DNA of 64,000 bases from Acidobacteriota bacterium (lineage in GTDB: Bacteria > Acidobacteriota > UBA6911 > RPQK01 > CBDAPI01), in assembly GCA_965214465.1 (NCBI GenBank), contig CBDCBX010000018.1, positions 157,881 through 221,880 on the forward strand, in the 5' to 3' direction. This document shows positions 41,091 through 50,578 of this stretch, one piece after another. How positions within the stretch are numbered: position 1 is the first letter of the stretch; every line of letters begins with the position of its first letter. A program made the translations under genes and the position numbers. The notes under the pieces are model-generated. The model did not search any database and was not told the DNA's origin. It worked only from the letters and a program-made list of their open reading frames with translations.

Positions 41091-43706
41091 ATGGCTCAAG
41101 TACGCTGTCCGGAATGTGGAGCTGGACTTCCAGAAGGCAGCCCGGCAAGACTCTGTCCGAGGTGCCGGGCGACACTCGAAGAGAGCCTTCCGGACCAGTC
41201 CGATGTACCCACACTCACCACGCCTCTTCCACCAGACGAGCCTGTCTCTGGAGAGCCGATCAAGACCATGCTCCCCCTTGGTCGTCAGTTCGGCCACTAC
41301 CAGATCAATCGCCTGCTGGGGAAAGGTGGCATGGGAGAGGTCTATGAGGCGGAAGACCTGGACAGCGGCCGCGTCGTTGCGCTCAAGGTCCTCCGTGAGC
41401 GCATGGACTCAGAAAATGACCACCAGCGTTTCCTGCGGGAAGGGCGCCTGGCCGCCCAGGTCAGTCACCCCAACGTGGTCTTCGTCTTTGGCACCGAAGA
41501 AATCGATGGGCAGCAGGTCATCTCGATGGAGTTCGCTCCCGGAGGGACACTCGAGGAACGGGGACCGCTGCCGGTGACCGAGGGCGTGGATGCCGTCCTT
41601 CAACTCATCGCGGGTCTTGAAGCCGCCTCTTCAGTGGGAGTTCTGCACCGCGACATCAAGCCGGCAAACTGTTTCATAGACGCTGACGGCAGGTTAAAAA
41701 TCGGTAATTTTGGCCTTTCTATTTCTACCCTCGAGAGGCAGCAAAGCGATCGTTTCAAGGGCACACCGGCCTTTGCTTCTCCCGAACAGGTGCAAGGCAG
41801 AGAACTCAACATTCGAAGCGACATCTACTCACTGGGAGTCACCCTCTTCTACCTCTTGACTGGCAAGACTCCTTTTGATGTGACCGGTCTCAATGAGCTG
41901 CTCAAGAAGATCGTGACACAAGAGCCTGAGACTCCGCGGAAACACAGACCGGAGTTGTCCAAGTCGTTGGCAGCCGTTGTTCTCAAGTGTTTGTCGAAGG
42001 AGCCGGCTGATCGCCCGCAGGATTATGCAGAGCTGAATCGGCTTCTCCAACCCCACAGTTCGTCGGGCTTGCAGCCAGGTCGGCTGGGCGTTCGCTTCCT
42101 TGCGGGCCTCATCGATCTTCTGCTTGTCTGGGGGTTGCCCTTCTTGATAGTCGTTTTCGTGTGGGTTTTCCAGCGCGTCTTTGCAATTCGAATCCCCCCT
42201 GCGGGCAGAATAATTATATCCTTGTGGCTATTCGTCCTACCCATCTCTTATTTCGCCCTGTGCGAGTCTCTTTGGGGTTCGACCGTGGGGAAGCGCCTCT
42301 TTGGATTGAGAGTCATCGGGGCCGATGGCGGGAGGCCTGGCCTCGTGGTGGGGATCGGGCGCGCCTGTGCTTGGTTTGGCTTGTTGGTCATCCTGCCAGG
42401 CAGTTTTTTTCGCTTTTTCCTGGGACTTGGCATCGCTTTCTCAGTGGCTCGATCACGGAATGGCTGGGCGGGACTGCATGAGCTGATCACCGGCACTCGA
42501 GTTGTAAGGAGCGCCAGCGTCCGTCATCGAGTTGCGATAGTGACGGCGGCTGCACCGGCTGACACAACCAACTGGGACAATCTTGGGCCCTTTAAGATCA
42601 GGCGAACCCGGGACCGACATCCAGGCCAGGTCGTTGAGGGTCTTGACTCGAAACTTCAGCGAATGGTTTGGCTAAGAATCGTAACTGCGGAGACCCCAAT
42701 TGTATCGTCAGCTCGGCGAGATCTGTCGAGCCCAACTCGTCTGCGCTGGCTTGAAGGAAGGCGGGCGGAACCTAACTCTTGGGACGCATTCGAAAGGCCA
42801 AACGGAGAGACTTTCATACAGGCGACCACCCAACCTCGGAGTTGGTCAACCGTTCGTAGGTGGTTGCTGCAGATTGTGGCTGAGCTGGGAAGCGATTCTG
42901 AAGCACCCACACTACCGGTGCGGCTAGGGTTTAACCATCTCTGGGTAACAGAAGACAGTCGGCTTCGCATTCTCGACTTTCCATTAGATTTAGATCTTCC
43001 ATCCGAAGAGGATGGTTATGAAACCGGGCAGGTGAGAGAGGTACAGCGCCTGCTCTACGAGGTTGCCCATCGGGCCAAGTCTGGAACGCTGGACAGGCCA
43101 ACCGGTGCGAGCCCGTGGCCGCTTCACGCCAACGAATTCCTGCTGACAATCAAGAACGGCAGCTTTGAGGCCACGGAGCAGCTGTTGGCGAAATTGAGCG
43201 ATCTAAGCCAGTTTCCAGCCTATGTTACGCAGCGTCTTCGGCTGATTCAGATCCTCCCCTGCGTACTGTGGGGGATCATGTTTACCATTTTCGAATTTTT
43301 CTTTTTTTCAATCGGGGGCACCTGGCCCGCCATGGGTGACATCAAGTTGCAGCTCGCGATTCCGGTGCTTGTTCTGGGACAATTCTTTCCCGTGGCCCTG
43401 ATCTCGACACTTGCAGCTCCATTTCTGGGTGGCGGCTTGTCGTTTCCGGCACTCTCCTTGACTCTTGTGGACGAAAACAAACGCAGGGCCAGTCGCTGGC
43501 GGATCCTGGCTAGAACCGGCCTAAATTGGTTTCCAGCGCTGTGTTTTCCTGTCCTGTTTTACCTTTATCGCGCTGCCGATTGGGTCGCCGGCGTCCTGGG
43601 GTACTGTCTTGTGGCCGTGCTGTTGGGCGGAGCCTTGTGGACCGTCCTACATCCCAACCGAGGATGGGCAGACTACATTGCGGGTAGTGCCGTTGTTCGC
43701 CGCTGA
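41091..43706 (+). CDS. Ser/Thr protein kinase fused to RDD-like membrane domains
   Basis: LGKGGMGEVY, VALK, HRDIKPAN, NFG in place of DFG, GTPAFASPEQ; RFLAGLID..GKRLFGLRV..GLHELITGT (RDD) and a second C-terminal RDD-like unit. Confidence 0.88.
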   Translation: MAQVRCPECGAGLPEGSPARLCPRCRATLEESLPDQSDVPTLTTPLPPDEPVSGEPIKTMLPLGRQFGHYQINRLLGKGGMGEVYEAEDLDSGRVVALKVLRERMDSENDHQRFLREGRLAAQVSHPNVVFVFGTEEIDGQQVISMEFAPGGTLEERGPLPVTEGVDAVLQLIAGLEAASSVGVLHRDIKPANCFIDADGRLKIGNFGLSISTLERQQSDRFKGTPAFASPEQVQGRELNIRSDIYSLGVTLFYLLTGKTPFDVTGLNELLKKIVTQEPETPRKHRPELSKSLAAVVLKCLSKEPADRPQDYAELNRLLQPHSSSGLQPGRLGVRFLAGLIDLLLVWGLPFLIVVFVWVFQRVFAIRIPPAGRIIISLWLFVLPISYFALCESLWGSTVGKRLFGLRVIGADGGRPGLVVGIGRACAWFGLLVILPGSFFRFFLGLGIAFSVARSRNGWAGLHELITGTRVVRSASVRHRVAIVTAAAPADTTNWDNLGPFKIRRTRDRHPGQVVEGLDSKLQRMVWLRIVTAETPIVSSARRDLSSPTRLRWLEGRRAEPNSWDAFERPNGETFIQATTQPRSWSTVRRWLLQIVAELGSDSEAPTLPVRLGFNHLWVTEDSRLRILDFPLDLDLPSEEDGYETGQVREVQRLLYEVAHRAKSGTLDRPTGASPWPLHANEFLLTIKNGSFEATEQLLAKLSDLSQFPAYVTQRLRLIQILPCVLWGIMFTIFEFFFFSIGGTWPAMGDIKLQLAIPVLVLGQFFPVALISTLAAPFLGGGLSFPALSLTLVDENKRRASRWRILARTGLNWFPALCFPVLFYLYRAADWVAGVLGYCLVAVLLGGALWTVLHPNRGWADYIAGSAVVRR

Positions 43707-43715
43707 AACTACTAT

Positions 43716-43830
43716 CTTGGCTCCCCGGACGGGCAGCGTTTCCTGATGCTCAGGAAGGAGATAGAACCGGAACGCCCAGTTCACGTGGTGCTCAACTGGT
43801 TTGGAGAACTCAAGCGCCAGGAGGTGTTTT
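43716..43830 (+). pseudogene. C-terminal fragment of a kinase/TolB-like protein
   Basis: SPDGQRFLML...VHVVLNWFGELK, resembling the tail of Acidobacterial kinase-propeller proteins. Confidence 0.5.
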
Positions 43831-44055
43831 GTTCAATAGTCTAGGAATAGCGATCGTTTCCAGAACCGGCGCACAAGTGTCGCGAGTCCGAGCTTTTTTC
43901 CGAAACGTTACAGCCTGGTCACCCGTTGAAAGCGGGCGCGGTCCTTTTGAAACAAACTGGAGGGCTATCTTGTTAGCGCGTACTGGCCAAGAAAAGAGAG
44001 AGAACACCCCAACGTCGCAAGCTGTGGACGAAGGAGCAAAGCCACGGAGCACGTA

Positions 44056-45048
44056 ATGGAGATTTCAGGGTGGCATCTCTTCAGAATCGGAGCAAAATCG
44101 GAATGTGCTGCGGCCCTCGTCGTACTTGCGACCTCTCTCATTTCATGCGGCCCAGGATCGGACGTGTCGGCTCAGCTCTGGGATCTGGCCACGACTGGAT
44201 CTCCTGAAAAAATCTTTTCTGGCCCACAAAACCACAGTCGCCCCGTACTTCTGGTCGCGTTCTCACCCGGTGGCAACAGGATTCTCACTGTGGGCCATGC
44301 GAATTTTCTCAAAGTATGGGACATCTCTAATGCAAATCCGATCCACAGCTTGTGGATCCCCGGCTTTTATCACGCGCGAAATATGGCACGGGCCGCTTTC
44401 TCTGCCGATGGCTCAAGAATTCTGATTGCGGTCGATGGCAAAGTCGTGTGGACCTGGAATCCTGTCACGGGAGAGCAGGAGGAAACAGTCCTGGCAGAGA
44501 CCATTTCACACATTACTTTCTCAGCTGATGGCTCCCGCTGTATCCGGCGAGATGGTCAGGGCTTCACCGTCTACGACACCAGGAGTTGGGAAGTGGTTTG
44601 GAATGTTCCTGTACTCCACACCCATGGCCCAGTCATCCCTTCGGCAGACGGAAGCCTCGTGTTTGTAGACGGAACGCTATGGAACACTAACACCCGCGAG
44701 ATCAGAGAAATCCCCACCGGTTCGTATTCAGCGGCAACTTTTTCGTCGGACAGCTCTTGGCTGTTGATTGGTTACGAGAGCGGGGCCCAAATATGGAACT
44801 GCAAGAGCGGAAAACTGCAGCAGGCCTTTTCGGGACACAATGGCCGAGTCATATCGGTTGCGTTTTCTCCCGATGCCACCCGTGTAATCACTGGAGTCCG
44901 GGGCGGCACCGTCAGGTTATGGAATTCAGAGACGGGGGCTCTCCTCAAGACTTTTCCAAATCGAACTTGTCCTGCAAGATCAGTGGCCTTTTCCCCTGAC
45001 GGAAGGAAGATTCTTATTTCGGGTTGCGGCCAATGGAGAGGGACTTGA
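44056..45048 (+). CDS. WD40 repeat protein
   Basis: Repeated VAFSPDG/FSADG...LWD/WN units; GHNGRVISVAFSPD. Confidence 0.85.
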   Translation: MEISGWHLFRIGAKSECAAALVVLATSLISCGPGSDVSAQLWDLATTGSPEKIFSGPQNHSRPVLLVAFSPGGNRILTVGHANFLKVWDISNANPIHSLWIPGFYHARNMARAAFSADGSRILIAVDGKVVWTWNPVTGEQEETVLAETISHITFSADGSRCIRRDGQGFTVYDTRSWEVVWNVPVLHTHGPVIPSADGSLVFVDGTLWNTNTREIREIPTGSYSAATFSSDSSWLLIGYESGAQIWNCKSGKLQQAFSGHNGRVISVAFSPDATRVITGVRGGTVRLWNSETGALLKTFPNRTCPARSVAFSPDGRKILISGCGQWRGT

Positions 45049-45369
45049 TTTGGACTCCTGTGTGCCCGTTCGGCTTCAATCTCAAAGAGGTTCCGTAACG
45101 ACGTCCTCAGAAATTCACTGGCACATAAATCTCATGTCCATATCTATTTGGGTTGATGGTGACATCGACAGCCCTTTTCAAACGGCACCACTGCCAAACC
45201 GGCCTCGGGACCCGGATGATCGACTGGGAGCCTGATCCGGGTCAAGCCCTCGGGCAAGATCGCCGCCACGGTGGTGCAGACCCGCCCGGGCCAGTTTGCG
45301 GCGCTGCCGGTGGCGGCGCTGCAAACCCTGAGGTCCATCTCCTGTTGCTGCCGGGCCCCATCGTCCCGT

Positions 45370-45500
45370 CTTCTCCTAGGCCCGGGCCGAAACGCGACGT
45401 AGGAGCCGTCGGGTGAACAGACAGCAAGCCTGTCTGAGTGATCTCCGGTCAGTTCTCTTCGGTTGCTCCCGTCCCCATCCATGATCTGTAGTCCGGTTCT
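45370..45500 (-). pseudogene. TolB/PD40 repeat fragment
   Basis: IMDGDGSNRRELT...CSPDGSYVAF. Confidence 0.45.
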
Positions 45501-45638
45501 CTGGGTTCGAGTTATGCTGGGTTTAAAAACACCAGACGATGCCGCACAACCGAGTCATCCTGGGCCTCAACCCGGGAAGAATCGACTGCTAACCCGGTCC
45601 GTCAGAATTCCGAGGCAGGTGAAAGCCCGTCCCAGTCG

Positions 45639-46901
45639 TGACCTTACCCCCTGAAACGAGTCCAGGTTGAGTTTTAGTAACTGGACGTAGTAAGGAGGTA
45701 ACAATGGCACAGAAAAAACACACCCCGGAACAGATCATCCGCAAGCTGAGGGAGGTCGAGGTGGCCCAGGCTCAGGGGAAGATGATTGCTCAGGCCGTGA
45801 AACAGATTGGCGTGACGGAACAGACTTTCTACCGCTGGCGCAAAGAATACGGCGGTATGCGGGTAGACCAGGCCAGACGGCTCAAAGAGCTGGAGAAGGA
45901 GAACCTCAGGCTGAAGCGACTGGTGGCCGATCTGTCCCTGGATAACCAGATTCTCAAAGAGGTGACGGAGGGAAACTTCTAAGCCCGGCGAAACGACGAC
46001 GAGCTATCGAGCATGTTCGCTCGAAGCTGGAACCGGAAGTGGTGTCGGAGCGTCGGGCTTGCCGGGTCTTGGGTCAGCCTCGTTCCACCCAGCGCCGTGA
46101 GCCGAAGATTGCAGAGGACGAAGATGAGTTGGTGGCACGGATGACTCAGCTGGCCAGCGAATACGGCCGTTATGGGTACCTTCGGATCACGGCTCTACTG
46201 AGACGGGAAGGCTGGCAGGTGAATCACAAGAGGATCGAACGACTGTGGAGGCGAGAAGGCTTGAAAGTACCGGCCAAACAGCCCAAGCGGCGACGTTTGT
46301 GGTTGCACGACGGATCCTGCATTCGACTGCGGCCGGCCTATCGAGACCATGTTTGGAGTTACGACTTTGTGCAATCGAGAACTCACAACGGCCGGGCTTT
46401 CCGGATGTTGACTTTGATGGATGAGTACTCCAGAGAGTGTCTGGCGATTGAGGTCCAGAGAAAACTCAACAGCTCGTCGGTCCTCGAGAAACTGGGAGAG
46501 CTCTTTGTCCAGAGAGGAACACCCGAGCATCTTCGATCCGACAACGGGAGCGAGTTTACGGCCAAGGTTGTCAGAGAGTGGCTGGCTCGGGTGGGAGTCG
46601 GGACGCTTTACATCGAACCGGGAAGCCCCTGGGAGAATGGATATATCGAGAGTTTCAATGGAAAGCTCAGAGACGAACTGCTGAACCTCGAGATCTTCGA
46701 CACTTTGCTGGAGGCGAAGGTTTTGATTGAACGCTGGAGAAGGGAGTACAACCAGATTCGACCCCATAGTTCCCTCGGTTACCGACCGCCAGCACCGGAG
46801 GCTCACTGGGTTCCGCCACCGTTGATTTCACGGCTGCAGGCTACCGGAAATGGGCCCGCGACCCTAACATAGAGAGTGGACTCGGTTGTGGGGTTGGGTC
46901 A
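45639..46901 (+). mobile_element. IS3 family element (IS407-like), apparently intact
   Basis: TG...CA imperfect IRs TGACCTTACCCCCTGAAACGAGTCCA and TGGACTCGGTTGTGGGGTTGGGTCA; orfA/orfB. Confidence 0.9.
45704..46872 (+). CDS. IS3 transposase OrfAB via -1 programmed frameshift
   Basis: orfA HTH 45704-45982; slippery G-GGA-AAC at 45970-45976; orf[29 protein letters not shown]. Confidence 0.92.
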
Positions 46902-47099
46902 TCATCTTAGCGCATCTCGACACCAGGTGATGACGCCCTCCAGATTCACATGCGTCGTCGTCAGCCTCTCCGTCGGCGTTCTTGCCGGCTTTGGGATCGC
47001 GTTCTTTCTCGGTGCTATGAAGTTTCTGGTAGGCACAACTACTACGATGCCTATCTGAGCCTGCAGGAGAAGTGGAATAACGGTGATGCCGCTATGTAC

Positions 47100-47325
47100 A
47101 CGATTCAGCTCTGGGGCGACAAGACTGTCGGTCTCCCCATGCTTACACATTGGGCGGCGCGCACGCGCTTCTTAAGGAAGATCGCATCGGGTCTCTGGAA
47201 ACAGGAAAATACGCAGACTTCATCGTGCTGGATCGTAACCTGCTGGAGATTCCCGTTGACGACATTAGCGAGAGCGAGGTGCTCAAGACTGTGTTCAATG
47301 GAAAGGTCGTTTACGACCAGACAGG
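47100..47325 (+). pseudogene. Amidohydrolase_3 C-terminal fragment
   Basis: IGSLETGKYADFIVLDRNL...VLKTVFNGKVVY. Confidence 0.7.
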
Positions 47326-47613
47326 ATGTGGCCTTCGGAAACTTCAGCTGATAGGTGGCAATAAACTCGTCAACCCGTCCCCAAACACTGCCTCCCGGTT
47401 TCGTTGATATCACGATCCTGATAGCGGGCCGCGGCGGCAAGGGACGCCTCCATGAGGCCTTGTCTCGAAACTCTACCCGGGCGGTCTGGAACCGAAATCC
47501 CTCCGAAACAACAGGAAACAGAGTCCAAGAAAAACCTAATCTCGGAGAGCCGAGTCCCTTCTAAGCTTTTCAAATAGAGCAACTTACGCCGATCCAGAAC
47601 TTGCTTCACCCCT

Positions 47614-47663
47614 TATAGTGAAAACGGAAGGATAGTCGGGACGATCCTTCCGAATACACATGA
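47614..47663. other. attR-like junction of the island
   Basis: TATAGTGAAAACGGAAGGATAGTC-GG-GACGATCCTTCCGAATACACATGA. Confidence 0.8.
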
Positions 47664-47727
47664 GTTCTGGGAAGGTCCTAGCCGCACCGAGCCTTCTGAA
47701 AAGTATATTGGATCTTTAAAGTTGGTC

Positions 47728-47867
47728 CCGACCAGTTTCAAGCCGGAACGGATGGGCCGGATTCCCGAATCCATCACCTGCAAACCCGCCTGCAACCCCT
47801 TTTCGGCGTCACAGACGCAGGCCGTGTCCAAAAGCCTGAGACGTTGTATCAGCTCTGTCCTGTGCAT
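47728..47867 (-). pseudogene. RraA/HMG-aldolase family 5' fragment, cut at an att-like site
   Basis: MHRTELIQRLRLLDTACVCDA...MDSGIRPIRSGLKLVGT, then an abrupt switch to AT-rich unrelated sequence. Confidence 0.7.
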
Positions 47868-48186
47868 GTTGCGGGGAGTGTAGCGTGGTCGCCTCCGGGT
47901 GAGAAGAGGGGAAGTCCTGAGACCCACCGCCGATAATAACGTGGACAATAATGTGGACGGTTGTGACCCAGGGCACAGTTGACTTGATGATTCGAGCGTA
48001 TAAGAGGGTACAGGACTGGCACCAGCGAACGGTCCTGTAGAGTTGGTCAAGACGCCTCCTGAGTCACGTTCAACCAACTCATTGGTGAGACCCGGGGCCT
48101 CCCGGCTTCGGGTCCTCACTCCTCCCGAGCCCATATTCCACTTGAAACCAACTTGCCACAGCGACGTAAGATGTTCAGTACTGCTG

Positions 48187-50574
48187 ATGAAGTCGTCGAA
48201 GAGAGTTCGTTCTTTTCCAGATTTTTCCGAGGACAACCTCGTGTCTCTGACCGTCCTGTTGCTCTTTTCGGCTGTGGCTCTCGCCCAGCCTGCTTCTGCT
48301 GCCCGCCAAACGGCCCAACAGAAGGAACCGATCATCCGCGTCACCACCGAGCTGATTGAATTGCGGGTCGTGGTGACGGACAAGAAAGGGCAGCCAATTC
48401 TCGGTCTGGAAGAGGACGACTTCACACTTCAGGTCGGAAAAGAGGCCCGTGAGATTGGCTTTTTCTCCGAGACCCGGCTGCCTGCCACGAGGCCTTCCGG
48501 AAGCCGTGTCGTAACCGATCGGCGAGGAAGCCTCGAGTCACCAGGTCCCTTGATCGCGGAAAGTCCCGAGAGAACCGTGATGCTCTTCGTCGACACTCTG
48601 CACATGTCCATCTCGAGTCTTTTCAGGATAAAGAAAAGCCTCCGGAAGTTCCTGGACGAGCAGTTGTCTGATCAGGACCTGGTTGCGGTCGTGAGCACGG
48701 CGAAGAGGCTCGGAGTGACGGGGCAGTTTACACGCAATCGCCACGTCCTCCGCTACGCCATCGATAAACTCAGCCAGGGGCTGAATGTCCAGGACAGTTT
48801 CTTTACACCCTACATTGCGGCCGGAGTGGAGCGCGGCGAGCGCCAGTCCCTGGCATTGGCCGTGCAGATTCTGCAAATGGAAGAGGGGATGGACGGGGAT
48901 CCTGCGTTTCTTGTGGCCATGGCCCAAAGCAGAGCCATTCAGGTTCTCTCCGAAGCCTCCTATCGCCGCAAGGCTACGTTGAGCACTCTCAAGGCCGCGG
49001 CTGAGCAGATGGCCGGCTTACCGGGGCAGCGCCTGATGGTTCTCTACTCCGATGGCTTTACCTTGATGGACCGTTTCGGAACCCTGGACAGCGTCGATCT
49101 GCAAGCGGCAATCAGCAAAGCTGTACGCTCGGGGATGGTCATCTACTCCATCGACGCAAAGGGCCTGCAGCCACCCCCACTCTTCAGTGCCGCCTACGCC
49201 GGCAGCTACGACCAGAGCATGCTGAGCTATCTCAGCAGCTCGGAAAAGGACATGGAAGACGGGATCAACCGGCTGGCCAGGGACACGGGGGGAGTGACTT
49301 TTTTCAACACCAATGATCTGGGAGGGGCTCTCACCGAGGCACTGGACAGCAATCGCTTCTACTACGTTCTCGGCTTCTATCCCCCCGAGACGGAACAAGG
49401 CAAGGGTTTTAAGAAGTTCACTGTCCGCATCAAGGATCATCCCAAGTATCGAGTTCGCACGCAAAAGGGTTACGCTCCCACAGAAACAATCGAATCGGAG
49501 GATGAGGACTGGAACGCGACGCCGGAGAAGCGCTTTCACAAAGCCGTTTTGAACCCTGTTCCCGTCTCGAATATCAGAGTGTTCGCCTGGGCCGACTTCA
49601 TCGAAACGGATGCGGATGATGCCCAGGTTTCCCTTCACGTTCATATCGCCGGCGACAAGATCACTATGAAGAAGGAGGGCGACGCCTATCGAATGGAACT
49701 GGAGCTGATGGCCTACGTCTTCAATAAGAGAGGCAAGAGCAAGGACAGCAAGGTCCACGTGATCCAGGGAAAGTTACAGTCCAAAGCCGTAGAGGAGATC
49801 AGAAACAATGGGCTCTATGTCTCCAAGCGACTCACCCTCAAACCAGGCCTCTATCAACTTCGAGTCGGAGTTCGCGAAAAAGGAACCGAGCAGCTAGGGA
49901 CCTCGGTGGCCTGGATCGATGTCCCCAAACTGCCCAAGAAGAAGGTGGTTCTCAGCAGTATCGTGCTGGCTGACCGGTCTACTCAGCCGGACGCCCTGGC
50001 GGAAACACTCCTGGGGGGGAAGCCGCCCGGTGCTCACTTCAGGGAGGGTCTACGGTTCTACCGCCGCGGAGATGCCTTCACCTACTTCCTGGTCGTCTAT
50101 CCCCTCTGGAAGGCAGGCCTCGAATCAAAACTCCAGATCAAGACCGAGTTTCTCCTCGACGGCGAGCCGATCGCACCCGCCCCCTACCGGCCGCTGACCG
50201 CCCGATTGCTGGGCCAGAATCAGAAGGGGACCATCGTGGGAGGCGAGATCGAACTCTCCGGCACGCAACCGGGCATCTACGAGCTGCTGGTCTCGGTCAA
50301 AGACCCGGAAGCCGACCGCACGGTCTGGAAGGCAGGCCTCGAATCAAAACTCCAGATCAAGACCGAGTTTCTCCTCGACGGCGAGCCGATCGCACCCGCC
50401 CCCTACCGGCCGCTGACCGCCCGATTGCTGGGCCAGAATCAGAAGGGGACCATCGTGGGAGGCGAGATCGAACTCTCCGGCACGCAACCGGGCATCTACG
50501 AGCTGCTGGTCTCGGTCAAAGACCCGGAAGCCGACCGCACGGTCCAGCGCTCGGCGATTTTCGGTATCGACTAG
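48187..50574 (+). CDS. Acidobacterial VWA-domain exported protein
   Basis: IRVTTELIELRVVVTDKKGQPILGL, LFVDTLHMS, LYSDGF, IYSIDAKGL, LARDTGG, YYVLGF; start uncertain. Confidence 0.85.
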   Translation: MKSSKRVRSFPDFSEDNLVSLTVLLLFSAVALAQPASAARQTAQQKEPIIRVTTELIELRVVVTDKKGQPILGLEEDDFTLQVGKEAREIGFFSETRLPATRPSGSRVVTDRRGSLESPGPLIAESPERTVMLFVDTLHMSISSLFRIKKSLRKFLDEQLSDQDLVAVVSTAKRLGVTGQFTRNRHVLRYAIDKLSQGLNVQDSFFTPYIAAGVERGERQSLALAVQILQMEEGMDGDPAFLVAMAQSRAIQVLSEASYRRKATLSTLKAAAEQMAGLPGQRLMVLYSDGFTLMDRFGTLDSVDLQAAISKAVRSGMVIYSIDAKGLQPPPLFSAAYAGSYDQSMLSYLSSSEKDMEDGINRLARDTGGVTFFNTNDLGGALTEALDSNRFYYVLGFYPPETEQGKGFKKFTVRIKDHPKYRVRTQKGYAPTETIESEDEDWNATPEKRFHKAVLNPVPVSNIRVFAWADFIETDADDAQVSLHVHIAGDKITMKKEGDAYRMELELMAYVFNKRGKSKDSKVHVIQGKLQSKAVEEIRNNGLYVSKRLTLKPGLYQLRVGVREKGTEQLGTSVAWIDVPKLPKKKVVLSSIVLADRSTQPDALAETLLGGKPPGAHFREGLRFYRRGDAFTYFLVVYPLWKAGLESKLQIKTEFLLDGEPIAPAPYRPLTARLLGQNQKGTIVGGEIELSGTQPGIYELLVSVKDPEADRTVWKAGLESKLQIKTEFLLDGEPIAPAPYRPLTARLLGQNQKGTIVGGEIELSGTQPGIYELLVSVKDPEADRTVQRSAIFGID
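50105..50544 (+). repeat. Perfect 219-bp in-frame tandem duplication
   Basis: 50105-50325 equals 50324-50544; the 73-aa unit WKAGLESK...EADRTV appears twice. Confidence 0.95.
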
Positions 50575-50578
50575 CGGG

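Larger units (their letters stand above)
31290..47650. mobile_element. Decayed genomic island (~16.4 kb), serine-integrase type
   Basis: 16-bp direct repeat at both ends, palindromic reconstructed attP, recombinase-like remnant at the left end, dense IS content and gene fragments. Confidence 0.75.

Noticed and set aside
46595-46606. Extra GTCGGGACG att core inside IS3 orfB (also GTCGGGAC in hemW near 30137)
   Set aside because: No flanking arm similarity and the host frames are intact; chance matches.
50105-50544. DGR template/variable repeat pair
   Set aside because: Copies are identical, adjacent and in frame; no reverse transcriptase in the window.
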